Positions 25,673 to 35,799 are shown, counted from the stretch's first letter. The stretch: DNA of 64,000 nucleotides from an uncultured Actinomycetota bacterium (GCA_963780835.1 CAWADQ010000042.1:24168-88167); one strand, 5' to 3'. Program-made: numbers and translations. Notes: generated by a model from the sequence alone, not told the origin.

Positions 25673-27652
25673 ATGAAGGCGCTGGTTCGGTTGATGTCTG
25701 TCCCCGTCGGCAAGCGCGATGCAGCGTGGCTCGACGAGGCCCTGCGGGCGGCGGTCCAACTGGAGCTGAGCACGATTCCGCCCTACCTCTATGCGATGTG
25801 GTCGATCGACCCGGTCACCGACCCGGACGGCTGTGCCGGCGTGATCCGCGGCATCGCGGTCGAGGAGATGCTGCACATGGGCCTCGCCTGCAACCTGCTG
25901 ACCGCCCTCGGCGGCCGGCCGGACATCCTGGCGCTGGCCCCGTCGTACCCGACCCGGTTGCCGAAGGACGTGCACGCGGGGCTGGAGGTGGCGCTCGCCC
26001 CACTCAGCAAGCCCGTCCTCCTCACGAAGTTCATGGCCATCGAGGAGCCGACCAGGATGTTCGCCGAGGACCCGGACTTCGTCCCGTCCCACACGACGCT
26101 GATCGGGCGGTTCTACGACGACCTCGCCGCCCAGCTGCCGTCCGACGCGACCGCCTACTCGGCCACGAACCAGGTCGACCTGAGCCCGCTCGAGCCGTTT
26201 CTCCCGTTCAAGATCACCAGCCTGGAGGAGGCCACGGCGGCGATCGACCTGATCAAGCGGCAAGGGGAGGGCACGTCGGCGGGGCCGTTCGAGCAGAAGG
26301 AGGGCAGCACCGAACTCGCCCATTTCTACCAGTTCGGCGAGATCTATCACGGCCACCGGCTGACCACGGCGGCGCCGTTCACCTATACCGGTACAACTGT
26401 GACGATGCCCGTCGTCCGCGCGGTGCAACCTGCGCCGGCCGACCTGCCGGCGGGGAAGGCCTTCGACATCGCCTACAGCAACATGCTGCGGGAACTTCAG
26501 GCCGCGTGGGGTCCCGGCGGCGACCTCGGGCCGGCGGTGGGCTCCATGTTCCGCCTCCCCGTCGCGGCGCTGCTTGCGGCCGGCTTCGGTCCGGGGTTCC
26601 GCGTGGTCGATGCGACCGGCGCGCCGCTGGAACCGCCGCAGCCGGCGGGTATCCGGTTCGGCCGCATCCTCGAGATCCTTGACGCCGCCGTCGGCACAGC
26701 GCCCGTCCACGGGCACGGCACCTTCTGGCGGGGACTGACCCGCGACCAGTTCGTGGGCAAGACCGTGGCGGGCAAGCAGCTGCTGGTCGTCGGCAGGGGC
26801 AGCGACTCCAACCTGGTCAAGGCGCTGCGCGGGGAGTTTCCGTTCGGCAAGGACCTCGGCGTCGCCGGCGCGTCGCTGGCCCGCATGCCCGCGCGGCGCG
26901 ACCCGGTCCCCGGGCCCGACATCGACCTCATCGAGCAGTGGATCGACGACGGCTGTCCGGACGACGTGCCCGTGAGCGTGGCCGCGCGGTCGTCCCTGGC
27001 CGTCGAGACCTCGTGGGTCTCGTACACGACGGGCGCCTTCCGGCCCGACCCGATCGTGCATGTCGAGTACTGGCGCGACCTGGACAACTGGTCGCTGTTC
27101 CACGCCACGGACGAGGTGCGCGCAGCGATCGAGGCCGCGTTCGCCACCGCCTGGCCGTGGATGGACTACGCGAAGGACGAGAACCAGGAGCAGGCGTGGC
27201 TCACCGCGCTCGCGGACGAGTCCACTCGCCAGGCCATCGGCATGCTGGCGGCGCGGCAGCAGCAGACCGTCGAGGTGCATTACGGCGTCCCCGTCCCGCT
27301 GCTGACGGTGCTCGACGGCTTTGAGCGCTTCGGCGGAAACCGCCTCCCGGACGACGCGCTGCGCCCGGAGGATCCGCGGCACACCATGAACGACGAACTC
27401 ATGTGGTTCGTGCTCGGCGCCTTCGCCGAGGCCTGCGTGCGGCTGGGGGTCTCGGCCGAATTCTGGACGTTCCTCCAGCGCCCGATCCTGTGCGGGCTGC
27501 TCAACGACGGCCTCTTCCGCGGCCGGTTCCACGTCGACGGGTTCGACGCGACACCCCAGGGCCGGGAGGCGGTGTTCGCCTTCGTCCAGGAGGTGACCGA
27601 CGCCGACCTGCCGGGCGAGATCAGGAAGCGCTACGCCCGGTCCGGGCTGTAG
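25673..27652 (+). CDS. Ferritin-like domain protein fused to a cytochrome-c-like domain and an unknown C-terminal domain, 659 aa
   Basis: ATG 25673 with GAGGGGAG RBS; QLELSTIPPYLYA, VEEMLHM, RQGEG, ELAHFYQF; middle region SNLVKALRG...RMP...IDLIEQWIDDGCP. Confidence 0.8.
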   Translation: MKALVRLMSVPVGKRDAAWLDEALRAAVQLELSTIPPYLYAMWSIDPVTDPDGCAGVIRGIAVEEMLHMGLACNLLTALGGRPDILALAPSYPTRLPKDVHAGLEVALAPLSKPVLLTKFMAIEEPTRMFAEDPDFVPSHTTLIGRFYDDLAAQLPSDATAYSATNQVDLSPLEPFLPFKITSLEEATAAIDLIKRQGEGTSAGPFEQKEGSTELAHFYQFGEIYHGHRLTTAAPFTYTGTTVTMPVVRAVQPAPADLPAGKAFDIAYSNMLRELQAAWGPGGDLGPAVGSMFRLPVAALLAAGFGPGFRVVDATGAPLEPPQPAGIRFGRILEILDAAVGTAPVHGHGTFWRGLTRDQFVGKTVAGKQLLVVGRGSDSNLVKALRGEFPFGKDLGVAGASLARMPARRDPVPGPDIDLIEQWIDDGCPDDVPVSVAARSSLAVETSWVSYTTGAFRPDPIVHVEYWRDLDNWSLFHATDEVRAAIEAAFATAWPWMDYAKDENQEQAWLTALADESTRQAIGMLAARQQQTVEVHYGVPVPLLTVLDGFERFGGNRLPDDALRPEDPRHTMNDELMWFVLGAFAEACVRLGVSAEFWTFLQRPILCGLLNDGLFRGRFHVDGFDATPQGREAVFAFVQEVTDADLPGEIRKRYARSGL

Positions 27653-27675
27653 AGGTCGGAGGGATCGAGATGACG

Positions 27676-28542
27676 TCACCGCCGCCGGTGGGGAGCTGAT
27701 CCTCGACTGACCGGCGCGAACGTGTCGGCGTGCGCTGTCGCCCAGCCGGCGAAGTCGTGCGGCGGGCGTCCGAGGACTTCGCCGACCGTCGGTAGCACGG
27801 GCGACTCGTCGAGCTCGCCGTCGACGTAGAACCGCAGGAACGCGGCGGCGTACGCCTCGGGCATGGAGGCGTACAGCTCGTCGCGGGCTTCGTCGTCGGT
27901 CAGGCCCTCCAGCCGCAGATTCCGGCCGAGGACGTCGCCCAGGATGCGCAGGCGATCCGGGGGAGTGAGCGCCTCTGGCCCGCTCAGCCGCAATGCTCGG
28001 CCCTCGTACCCGCCTCCGACCAGCGCCTCGGCCGCGACGGCCCCGATGTCGGCCGGGTCGATGACCGCGTTCGCCACGTTCGGGAAGGGCGCGCGGACGA
28101 CGTCACCCGCGGCGAGCTGGTCCACCCACTGCAAGGCGTTGGTCATGAACATGCAGGGCCGCAGGAACGTCCAGGGGATGCCGCTCGCGCGCACGTCCTC
28201 CTCGGCCTGCGTGTGGTACGCGACGACGGCGTTGTCGGTCTTGCCGGTCGCCACCGAGGAGCTCGACAGCAGCACGACGCGCCGTACCCCGGCTCGGCGG
28301 GCCAACTGCAGCAGGTGGGGCATGTCGGCGTAGCCGCTCAGGAGGAACGCGCCGGCGGCGCCCTCGAGCGGCTCTGCGAGCGTCGCGGGGTCGTTCAGAT
28401 CGCCTGCCACACGCTCGACGGTCGGCGTCGACGTGGTGTCGGGCGGGTGCCGGGAGACGGCGCGCACCTGCTCGCTTCGCGCGGCGAGCGCCTCGACGAC
28501 CGCCGAACCGACGTTGCCGGTGGCACCCGTGACTACGTACAT
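27676..28542 (-). CDS. NmrA-like NAD(P)H-binding protein
   Basis: VTGATGNVG, WTFLRPCMFMTN, IDPADIGAVAA. Confidence 0.88.
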   Translation of the reverse strand: MYVVTGATGNVGSAVVEALAARSEQVRAVSRHPPDTTSTPTVERVAGDLNDPATLAEPLEGAAGAFLLSGYADMPHLLQLARRAGVRRVVLLSSSSVATGKTDNAVVAYHTQAEEDVRASGIPWTFLRPCMFMTNALQWVDQLAAGDVVRAPFPNVANAVIDPADIGAVAAEALVGGGYEGRALRLSGPEALTPPDRLRILGDVLGRNLRLEGLTDDEARDELYASMPEAYAAAFLRFYVDGELDESPVLPTVGEVLGRPPHDFAGWATAHADTFAPVSRGSAPHRRR

Positions 28543-28773
28543 GCGGCGCTCCACCATGTCGGGGATCGTTGCGGTCAGACGCAGGCTAGGTTCTGCGACG
28601 TTCCGTCGCATGCGTTGGCCGCACCGCGAGCAGCGCCACAAGGCGTGGCTCGTATAGAGCGGGGGCAATACGCACAATTGCGTAGTGGCAGTCGCCGGGC
28701 CGTGCCCGCACGCTTGACCGATCTGAACGGGGCCCGTGCCACCTCGGGCTTCTCGACGGCGAGGGGTGATCGG

Positions 28774-30375
28774 ATGGTCGCGACCCGGCGGGCGGCGTGG
28801 CGGAACGGCTCTGCGAACGGCTGGCACGACGACCTCGTCTGGTACGCCGCCGCCGTCCACCGGATGCGGGCGCTCACCCCGGATCTCGACGACTTCTTCC
28901 AGATCTTCTCGCAGGCCCTGTCCAACAATTTCCCGTCCGCGCTGGTAGGACAGATGTCGTCGATCGCGCGGCAGTGGGACGACCCGATGAGCTTCGGGTA
29001 CCAGTCCCAGGTCCACGGCACCTTCGTGGCGAAACCGGCCTGGCCCCGCCACCTTGGCCAGGGTGCGCTGTGGCAGGAGTGCGCGCACAACCACTGGTTC
29101 TTCCTGCCCTGGCACCGCGCCTACCTGTTCGAGTTCGAGGACGTGGCGCGGGAGCACATCCGGCAGCTCGGCGGGCCGGCGGACGACTGGGCGTTGCCCT
29201 ACTGGAACTACTCCGACCACCGGGCGGACCGGCGCCGGCTCGGCCTGCCGCTGCCGCTGCGGGGGGAGACCCTGCCGGCCGGGGTCACGGTGCCCGGCGT
29301 GACGGCGGCCGCGGACGGCTCGTTCCCGAACCCCCTGTTCAACCCGACTCGGCTGGGGCCGGACGAGCCGGGCCCGTTGGACAGCGTCACGTGGGCGAGC
29401 GCGACCGCCGCGCTCCTGCGCCCGCACTACGCCAACCAGGAGGACACGGGCCGCGTCTCGTTCGGCGGCGGGGTGATCGAGAACCCGGGCAACGCGGCGC
29501 TGTTCCACGACGCGGCCACCGAGCTCGGCCAGCTCGACGCCCAGCCGCACGGGTCGGTGCACGTGCACGTGCACGGCACGATGGCGCTGTTCCAGACCGC
29601 CGCGCTCGACCCGGTCTTCTGGATGCACCACTGCAACGTCGACCGGCTCTGGGAGACCTACGCCGACGACCTGGGGCACGGCTACCCGTTCGTCAACGGC
29701 GTCGGAACGGGGACGCCGGCGCACGCGTCATGGACCGGCCAGCAGTTCCGGTTCCTCCGGCCCGACGCCGGTATCAGGACGTGGACCGCCCCCGACGTGC
29801 TCGACATCAAGAGCCTGGGATACGCCTACGACACCACGGCGCCCCCGCCGCTGCCGGTGGTGCCGCCGCCACCGCCGCTCGGCTCGGGGGTCGGCCCGTT
29901 CGGGGTGGACGTGTCCGTGCCGGAGCCCGTCGCGGAGGCGGGTCCGGTGTCGCTGTCGGGCGAGCAGGACGTCACCGTCTCCGGCGGGGCCGAGGGCGAC
30001 CAGGGGCTCGGCGTCGACGCGTTCCCCGAGGGCTCGCAGTGGCTGCTGCGGTTCGAGGGCATCCGGTCGACCGGTCCCGCCCCGACCTCCTACCAGGTCT
30101 ACCTGGGCCTGGAGCCGGGCGCCGAGGCCGACCCCGACGACGACGGCCACTACGCCGGGCTGCTCTCGCTGTTCGGCGTGTACGAGGCCAGCAGGGACGA
30201 CGGGTCCTCCGCCGGCGACGGGCAGCGTCGCCGGCTCGACGTCACATCGCTGGTGTCGGCCCAGGCCGGCTTCCGGCCGCTGGCGACGTCCGTCCGCCTG
30301 TCGCCGCTGGACCCGGGACGCGACGTGCCCGGCGCCGCGGTGACGATCGAGCGGATCACGCTGGAGTTCGCGTGA
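28774..30375 (+). CDS. Tyrosinase family (type-3 copper) protein, 533 aa
   Basis: CuA motifs QVHG, CAHNHWFFLPWHRAYL, LPYWNY; CuB motifs PHGSVH, AALDPVFWMHHCNVDRLW; C-terminal shield-like domain. Confidence 0.9.
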   Translation: MVATRRAAWRNGSANGWHDDLVWYAAAVHRMRALTPDLDDFFQIFSQALSNNFPSALVGQMSSIARQWDDPMSFGYQSQVHGTFVAKPAWPRHLGQGALWQECAHNHWFFLPWHRAYLFEFEDVAREHIRQLGGPADDWALPYWNYSDHRADRRRLGLPLPLRGETLPAGVTVPGVTAAADGSFPNPLFNPTRLGPDEPGPLDSVTWASATAALLRPHYANQEDTGRVSFGGGVIENPGNAALFHDAATELGQLDAQPHGSVHVHVHGTMALFQTAALDPVFWMHHCNVDRLWETYADDLGHGYPFVNGVGTGTPAHASWTGQQFRFLRPDAGIRTWTAPDVLDIKSLGYAYDTTAPPPLPVVPPPPPLGSGVGPFGVDVSVPEPVAEAGPVSLSGEQDVTVSGGAEGDQGLGVDAFPEGSQWLLRFEGIRSTGPAPTSYQVYLGLEPGAEADPDDDGHYAGLLSLFGVYEASRDDGSSAGDGQRRRLDVTSLVSAQAGFRPLATSVRLSPLDPGRDVPGAAVTIERITLEFA

Positions 30376-31139
30376 CCGCAGCGGCGTCGCCCCGGGTGGG
30401 GACGCCGCGGGCCCCGGGTGCCCGGCCGCACCGGTGGGAGCGCCTCCGGACGCAGCGACCGGAGTGGTGGGTCCGGGTCGCGGCCGGCGCCGGATGGCTG
30501 GTGCTGGCGGCCGCCGTCCTCGGCCGGCCGGGCGCGGGGCACGGCGGGCACGCCGGTGCCCTCGACGCCGGCGGGCCGCACGCCCTGGCCTGGGCGGCCA
30601 TGATCGCCGTGATGGCCCCGCTGATCGCCGCCAACGTGCACTACGCCGCGATGCGCAGCCCGCGTCGGGCGCGCGCAGCCGTCACGGGCGACGTCGTGCT
30701 CGGGTGGGCCCTCGTGTGGGCCGGCGCGGCCACCGTGCTGGGCCTCGGCGCCTGGGCCCTGACGAGCACGGTCGGCGAGCCGGCCGCCGTCGGCCTGCTC
30801 ACGGTCGTCGCGGTCGCGTGGCAGCACTCGTCGCCCAAGCGGCGGAGCCTGGCGCGTTGCCGTGCCGTCCTCGCCCCTCCGCTGGACCGGCGGCGGTCGC
30901 GCCGGGCGTGCCGGCGGTACGGCGTCCGGCTCGGGCGGGACTGCGCGCTCGGCTGCGCGCCGTTGATGGCGCTGATGGCCGTGGCCGCGCACGACCCGCT
31001 CGTGGTCGCCGCGTCGATGGGTGTGATCTGGTACGAGCGGCGGTGCCGCCCGCATCACGACCCCGCGACCCGGGGGACGTCCGCGGTGATCGCCCTGACC
31101 GGCGCCGCGGCCCTCGCGGTGCACCTGGCCGTGCTCTAG
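30372..31139 (+). CDS. DUF2182 predicted metal-binding integral membrane protein, 255 aa
   Basis: GTGA overlap with tyrosinase; WAAMIAVMAP, WQHSSPKRRSLARCR, CALGCAPLM. Confidence 0.75.
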   Translation: MTAAASPRVGTPRAPGARPHRWERLRTQRPEWWVRVAAGAGWLVLAAAVLGRPGAGHGGHAGALDAGGPHALAWAAMIAVMAPLIAANVHYAAMRSPRRARAAVTGDVVLGWALVWAGAATVLGLGAWALTSTVGEPAAVGLLTVVAVAWQHSSPKRRSLARCRAVLAPPLDRRRSRRACRRYGVRLGRDCALGCAPLMALMAVAAHDPLVVAASMGVIWYERRCRPHHDPATRGTSAVIALTGAAALAVHLAVL

Positions 31140-31143
31140 ACGG

Positions 31144-32304
31144 TCAGCCCACCACGGGACCGACCGTGAACGCGAACGGCTCCCGCCCGCTGGTCGTGGC
31201 CTCCACGTCCATCCACCAGACGCCCTCGGGCAGCGCGTCGGTGCGGTGCAGCGGCCCGAGGTTCTCCAGGTCGGCCACGAGTGCGTCGTCCGGCGGCACC
31301 CGCCCGGTCGACAGCACCGAGACCAGCGGATGCGCGGATCCGATCCGCGGCCGCCACAGGTCCCGCAGGCGCCGGGGCGTGGCGCTGCGGGCTCCGTGCC
31401 GCCCCACCGCGAGGACGTCGACGTCGGCCACCCGCCGGGCGAACCGCGCGTCCGGCGCACCGCCGTCGACGATCGGCGCCCAGCTCGCCGCCCGTGCGTC
31501 GCCCGGCAGCAGCAGGCTCCGGCAGCCCACGGTGACCACGAGGGCGACGCCGGTGTCGTGCACGAGGTCGTCGAACGCCTGGGCGATCTCGAGCTCCTGG
31601 TCGACGGTCCGGGTGTTCAACGTCCTGAGCAGCCACTCCGCCGCTCCGATGCCGCCCGGCTCCGCCAGCACGCGCAGCGCGTCGGCCCAGGAGCCGGACG
31701 GCGGTGCGAGCAGCGGCGCGAGCCCGCCCTCGGCGGCCAGCGCGAGGAACTGGCCGCCCGGGCGGGCGGAGTCGGACAGCCGCTCGCCGCTCGGTGGCCC
31801 GAGCACCCGCACCGAGACCCGGGGCATCTCCCCGTCCAGGTCCACGGTGTCGCCGGCGCGGACGTACCGGGCGCGCCCGTCGCGTCCCCAGTCGTCCAGC
31901 AGCGGAGCGGCCACGAGGGCCGTGCCGCCGGCCGTCGCCGACGCGTCCAGCATGGCCACGAGCTGCGGGGAGTCGGCGTCGGGCGCGTCGGTCCAGGGTC
32001 GGACGACGAGGCCCGGCTCCAGGGGGCGGAGGACGTCGCGGACCACGGGGTCGGCGAAGCCGTCGACGCGCCCCGGATGCCGGTTCGTCGAGACGACCAC
32101 GTCGAGCCGCCCGTCGCAGTGGTCGGCGACCTTGGCGGCGACCTCCGCCAGCGACGGACCGCCTTTCGCAGCCCGGACGCTGCCGCAGTCGACCAGCATG
32201 TGGCGGTACCGCCGGCCGTCGGGTAGCGCGGACCCGTACCCGACCGTGAGCAGCAGGCAATCGCCGGAGCCGACGTCGTACACCCGGAGGCGGACGCTGC
32301 GGGG
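31144..32304 (-). pseudogene. ComEC/Rec2-like MBL-fold protein with degenerate metal ligands; native start lost at the IS junction
   Basis: VRLRVYDVGSGDCLLL, LVDCGS, STNRHPGR (normally THxHxDH), LPGDA, GRHGA (normally HHGS). Confidence 0.7.
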
Positions 32305-32308
32305 TCGG

Positions 32309-33160
32309 GCGCGACGGGCAGCTGACGTTGGCGAAGATGGTCGAGCCGCTGGCGATCCGCTGGTCGCGGTCCCTGCCGGAGGGGGCCGAGCCCAGCACGG
32401 TGACCGTGTCGCGGGATGCGGCGGGCCGTTGGCATGTGTCGCTGCGGTGCGAGGTGTCGGTGCAGGACGGCCCGGCGACGGATGCCGTGGTCGGTGTCGA
32501 CGCCGGGGTCACGTCGCTGGTCACCCTGTCCACCGGGGAGAAGGTCACCAACCAGCGGCACGAACGCCGCGACCGGGTCCGGTTGGCCCGGGCGCAACGG
32601 GTGCTGGCCCGGAAGCAGCGCGGGTCGGCGAACCGGGAGAAGGCCCGCCGGAAGGCCGCGAAGGTGACGCGCGGATCACCGACCGGCGTCGTGATCATCT
32701 GCACAAGCTGACGACTCGACTCGTCCGCGAGAACCAAGCGGTCGTGATCGAGGACCTGCAGGTCCGCAACATGCTCGGCAACCACTGCGTTGGCCCGCGC
32801 TATCTCGGATGCGGCATGGCGGGAGCTGCGGGGCATGCTGGAGTACAAGTGCCGGTGGTACGGCCGCGACCTGGTCGTGGTCGACCGCTGGTTCCCGTCG
32901 TCGAAGGTGTGCTCGGTGTGCGGGGCCCTGCACGACGGGATGCCGTTGCACGTGCGGGAGTGGGAGTGCCGTTGCGGCGCGCGCCACGACCGCGACGTGA
33001 ACGCGGCCCGCACCATTCGTGCCGCCGGGCTGGCGGTGCTCGCCTGTGGAGACGGTGTCAGACCTGCGCGCGCGCAAGCGCATGCAGGCAGTCGTCAGTG
33101 AAGCAGGAACCCTCCCGGGCGACCGGGAGAATCCCGCCGTTCACGGCGGGGAGAAGTCAA
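32309..33160 (+). mobile_element. tnpB: IS200/IS605-family remnant: 5'-truncated, frameshifted tnpB plus intact right end
   Basis: RDGQLTLAKM, GVDAGV (RuvC-I), VIEDL (RuvC-II), CSVCG/CRCG zinc ribbon, DRDVNAA (RuvC-III); right-end hairpin CCCGCCGTTCACGGCGGG and terminal TCAA at 33157-33160. Confidence 0.88.
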
Positions 33161-35070
33161 CCGTCCGTCCCCTGGTGCAGCAGGGCGAACCGGCGCCGCT
33201 CGCCGATACCGTCGGAGGCACCGAAGGAGCCGTCGCGGCCGCGGATGCCGTGGTCGAACAGGTACTGCAACCGGCGGGTCTGGCGGTCGACGTCCAGGAT
33301 CGGCTGGCGCTGGTGGAGCCGGAACCTGCCGAACTGGTCGAAGACCAGCACCCCGCCGCCCCACAGCTCGACGACGGTGTCCGGCGCCATCCCGGCGGGC
33401 GCGGCGATGCCGGCAGGCAGGTTCGCGGCCGTCGTGTGCAGTGTCTGGACGTAGTCGGCGACGACCTCCGTGACGACCAGGCCGTCCGGACCCACCCGGG
33501 TGCTGCTCAGCACCCGCTCGACCCTCGTGGCGAGCCGGACGTCGATCCTCAGGACCGCGGCGTTGTTCCAGACGAACTGGTAGACCTCCTCGGGCGAGGT
33601 CCGCAGGGCGGCCAGGTTGAGGTGCTCGTACCGCACGCCGAGCCTCGGGTCCACGTCCGGGTCGGGCGCGACGGCGGCTTCGGCGGGCTCCGCGGTGGAC
33701 CCGTCGGTCGGCGCGGCGACGCCGTCCTCGTCGACGATCGGGTGCGGCGGCGCGGTGATGCCGAACGCGGCGAACCCCTGCTCCAGTGCCGTGCGGTAGC
33801 CGTGGTCGTCGTCGGGCGCCAGGCGCTGGTCGGCGGTGAGGATCGCGTCGAGGACGTCGGCGAACTCGAGCTCCACCGGCGGCAGGTAGTCCAGGGCGCG
33901 CAGCAGCATGGCCAGCAGGTGCCGGGACGACTTGACGCCCTCCTCCGCGACCCGGTCGGCGTCGAGGCCGCGGCGGTCCGTGCGCAGGGGCTCGAGCCGG
34001 CCCGCCCAGATCGTCACCAGCGTCTGCAGGAACGCCGCGACCAGTACCTCGGCGCGCCGGTGGGGTTCGGCGAACTGCGGGTCCGCCTTCCACCGGTCGT
34101 CGGCGGGCAGGTCCACCGACGCGCGCAGCGCCGGGTACCGGCCGGCGACGTCACCCCCGCCCGGCGACCGCTCCGCCCGGCGGCCCCCCAGCTGCTCCGC
34201 CAGCCGGAGCAGCGGCGAGCACTTCAGCTCGCGTGCCCGTTCCACGAGCAGGGCAGCGCCGCGCTGCTTCTCGTCGTCGATCCGGAGCGCCTTCGCGTCG
34301 CCGGGGAACGGCACACGGCCCGTGCCCTGCGGATCGAGCAGGTGCTGCGCCACCCCCTCGAGGTCGATCACCGACAGCATGGCCACCAGGTCGGCCAGCG
34401 CCTCGTGGAAGGCCAGCTGGTCGGGGAGGCCGGGCTCGGTGAACCGCGGCCGCAGCCCGTCGAGCACGGCGTGGCTGACCTCGTGTGCGATCACGTCGTA
34501 GGACAGCGCGGTGTGCAGGGCGGGCCGGCCTCCGAGCCCGGGCAGCCAACCGAAGAGGACGGCGTTGTGCTCGCGGGAGTAGAACGCGTTCGCCTCCAGC
34601 CGGGCCCGGGGCACCAGGTAGAGCTGCGGGAAGCCCGAGTGCCACGGGATCGGCCGGCCGAGGTGCTGCTCGAACAGCGCCAGCGTGTGGGCCGCGACGG
34701 CGTACACGTTCTGGGCGCGGAACTCCTGCTGCGCGCCCAGCGTCGTGGCGTCGGGGTGCTCCTCGGCCGACCAGCGGTCGCGGTACACCCACGGACCCTC
34801 GGCGTGCAGGACCACGGGCGGGGACGCCGCGTTGGTGCCGACGTTCACGTCCACCACGTGCAGGCGATGACCGCGCGGCCCCCGCTGGAGGCGCCCGGCC
34901 GGCACCGAGATCGCGGCGCGGACCGGACCGCCGTCGTCGACCACGGACGGATCCTGGGCCAGCACCGTCATCAGCACCGTCTCCTGGGTCAGGAGGTTGG
35001 GGTGAGCCGCGGTCGTGGGGGTGGCGTCGACGACTTCGACCACTTGCATCCGGGCTTCGTGCCGGCTCAT
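33157..35070 (-). CDS. Thermolysin/M4-M36-like zinc metallopeptidase, 637 aa
   Basis: ATG 35070 with AGGGAG RBS; NAFYS, IAHEVSHA, AFHEALAD, EPH; no signal peptide. Confidence 0.82.
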   Translation of the reverse strand: MSRHEARMQVVEVVDATPTTAAHPNLLTQETVLMTVLAQDPSVVDDGGPVRAAISVPAGRLQRGPRGHRLHVVDVNVGTNAASPPVVLHAEGPWVYRDRWSAEEHPDATTLGAQQEFRAQNVYAVAAHTLALFEQHLGRPIPWHSGFPQLYLVPRARLEANAFYSREHNAVLFGWLPGLGGRPALHTALSYDVIAHEVSHAVLDGLRPRFTEPGLPDQLAFHEALADLVAMLSVIDLEGVAQHLLDPQGTGRVPFPGDAKALRIDDEKQRGAALLVERARELKCSPLLRLAEQLGGRRAERSPGGGDVAGRYPALRASVDLPADDRWKADPQFAEPHRRAEVLVAAFLQTLVTIWAGRLEPLRTDRRGLDADRVAEEGVKSSRHLLAMLLRALDYLPPVELEFADVLDAILTADQRLAPDDDHGYRTALEQGFAAFGITAPPHPIVDEDGVAAPTDGSTAEPAEAAVAPDPDVDPRLGVRYEHLNLAALRTSPEEVYQFVWNNAAVLRIDVRLATRVERVLSSTRVGPDGLVVTEVVADYVQTLHTTAANLPAGIAAPAGMAPDTVVELWGGGVLVFDQFGRFRLHQRQPILDVDRQTRRLQYLFDHGIRGRDGSFGASDGIGERRRFALLHQGTDG

Positions 35071-35332
35071 CGCACTCCCTCGCTGCGCTCGGTCGGCGCT
35101 TCGCGCGAGCGCTGTGACATTGATTCGCTCGCAAGCTCGCTCATCGGCCCCCCCGCGTCGAGATATCGGTGATGATAGTGACGACGCCGCCCACGATTGA
35201 GCCTGAATCCATCGTCGCAATTGCTGGTGACCTACGCAGTTCTGCGTATACCGGGCGTCGGCCGCCCTCGGCAGCATCGATGTCTGCAGTTGTGTACCCC
35301 GGGCATCAAGGAGCGCCGAGGAGGCGACAGGC

Positions 35333-35710
35333 GTGACATTCAAGCAGGCCAACCATTACGTGGTGACCGGTGGCGGCATCGAAGCGGTCGTCGACACGAC
35401 GAGCATCTCGGGCCGTCCGGTGGTCTCCCTCACCGTCGACGGCACGTCGATCGACGACCCGTCGTTCGCCGTGACCGCGCGCGGCATCGTCGTCGACGGG
35501 GTCGTGGAGACTGTCCCCGACAGCCACACGGTCGGCATCTGCCTGACCATCCCCGAGGTGAACCTCTCGGAGCCGGTCGTCACGTTCGCGGGTTACGCCG
35601 CGCTGACGACGGCGCTGACGACCATCGGCGGCCCCACCCTGGTCTCGGGACCCCTGCACCTCTACGAGCTGCGGCCCGTGGCAGGCACGGCATCGGCTGC
35701 GGAGAGCTGA
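35333..35710 (+). CDS. Small beta-rich hypothetical protein, 125 aa
   Basis: GAGGAGG RBS; clean GC3-biased ORF. Confidence 0.75.
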   Translation: MTFKQANHYVVTGGGIEAVVDTTSISGRPVVSLTVDGTSIDDPSFAVTARGIVVDGVVETVPDSHTVGICLTIPEVNLSEPVVTFAGYAALTTALTTIGGPTLVSGPLHLYELRPVAGTASAAES

Positions 35711-35799
35711 GTGGTCCCGGCCGCTCGCACTGGTCACCCGGCGATGGGGGAGGTGGAGCTATTGTCGGTGGAGCGGCTCACGACGGAGGAATGACGTCG

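Noticed and set aside
30434..33454. 1006-aa plus-strand ORF and other long antisense ORFs (e.g. 1147-3357, 33019-35172, 53225-55594)
   Set aside because: High-GC stop-poor shadow frames; only a short stretch (tnpB RITDRRRD…VIEDL) is real, as part of the frameshifted tnpB.
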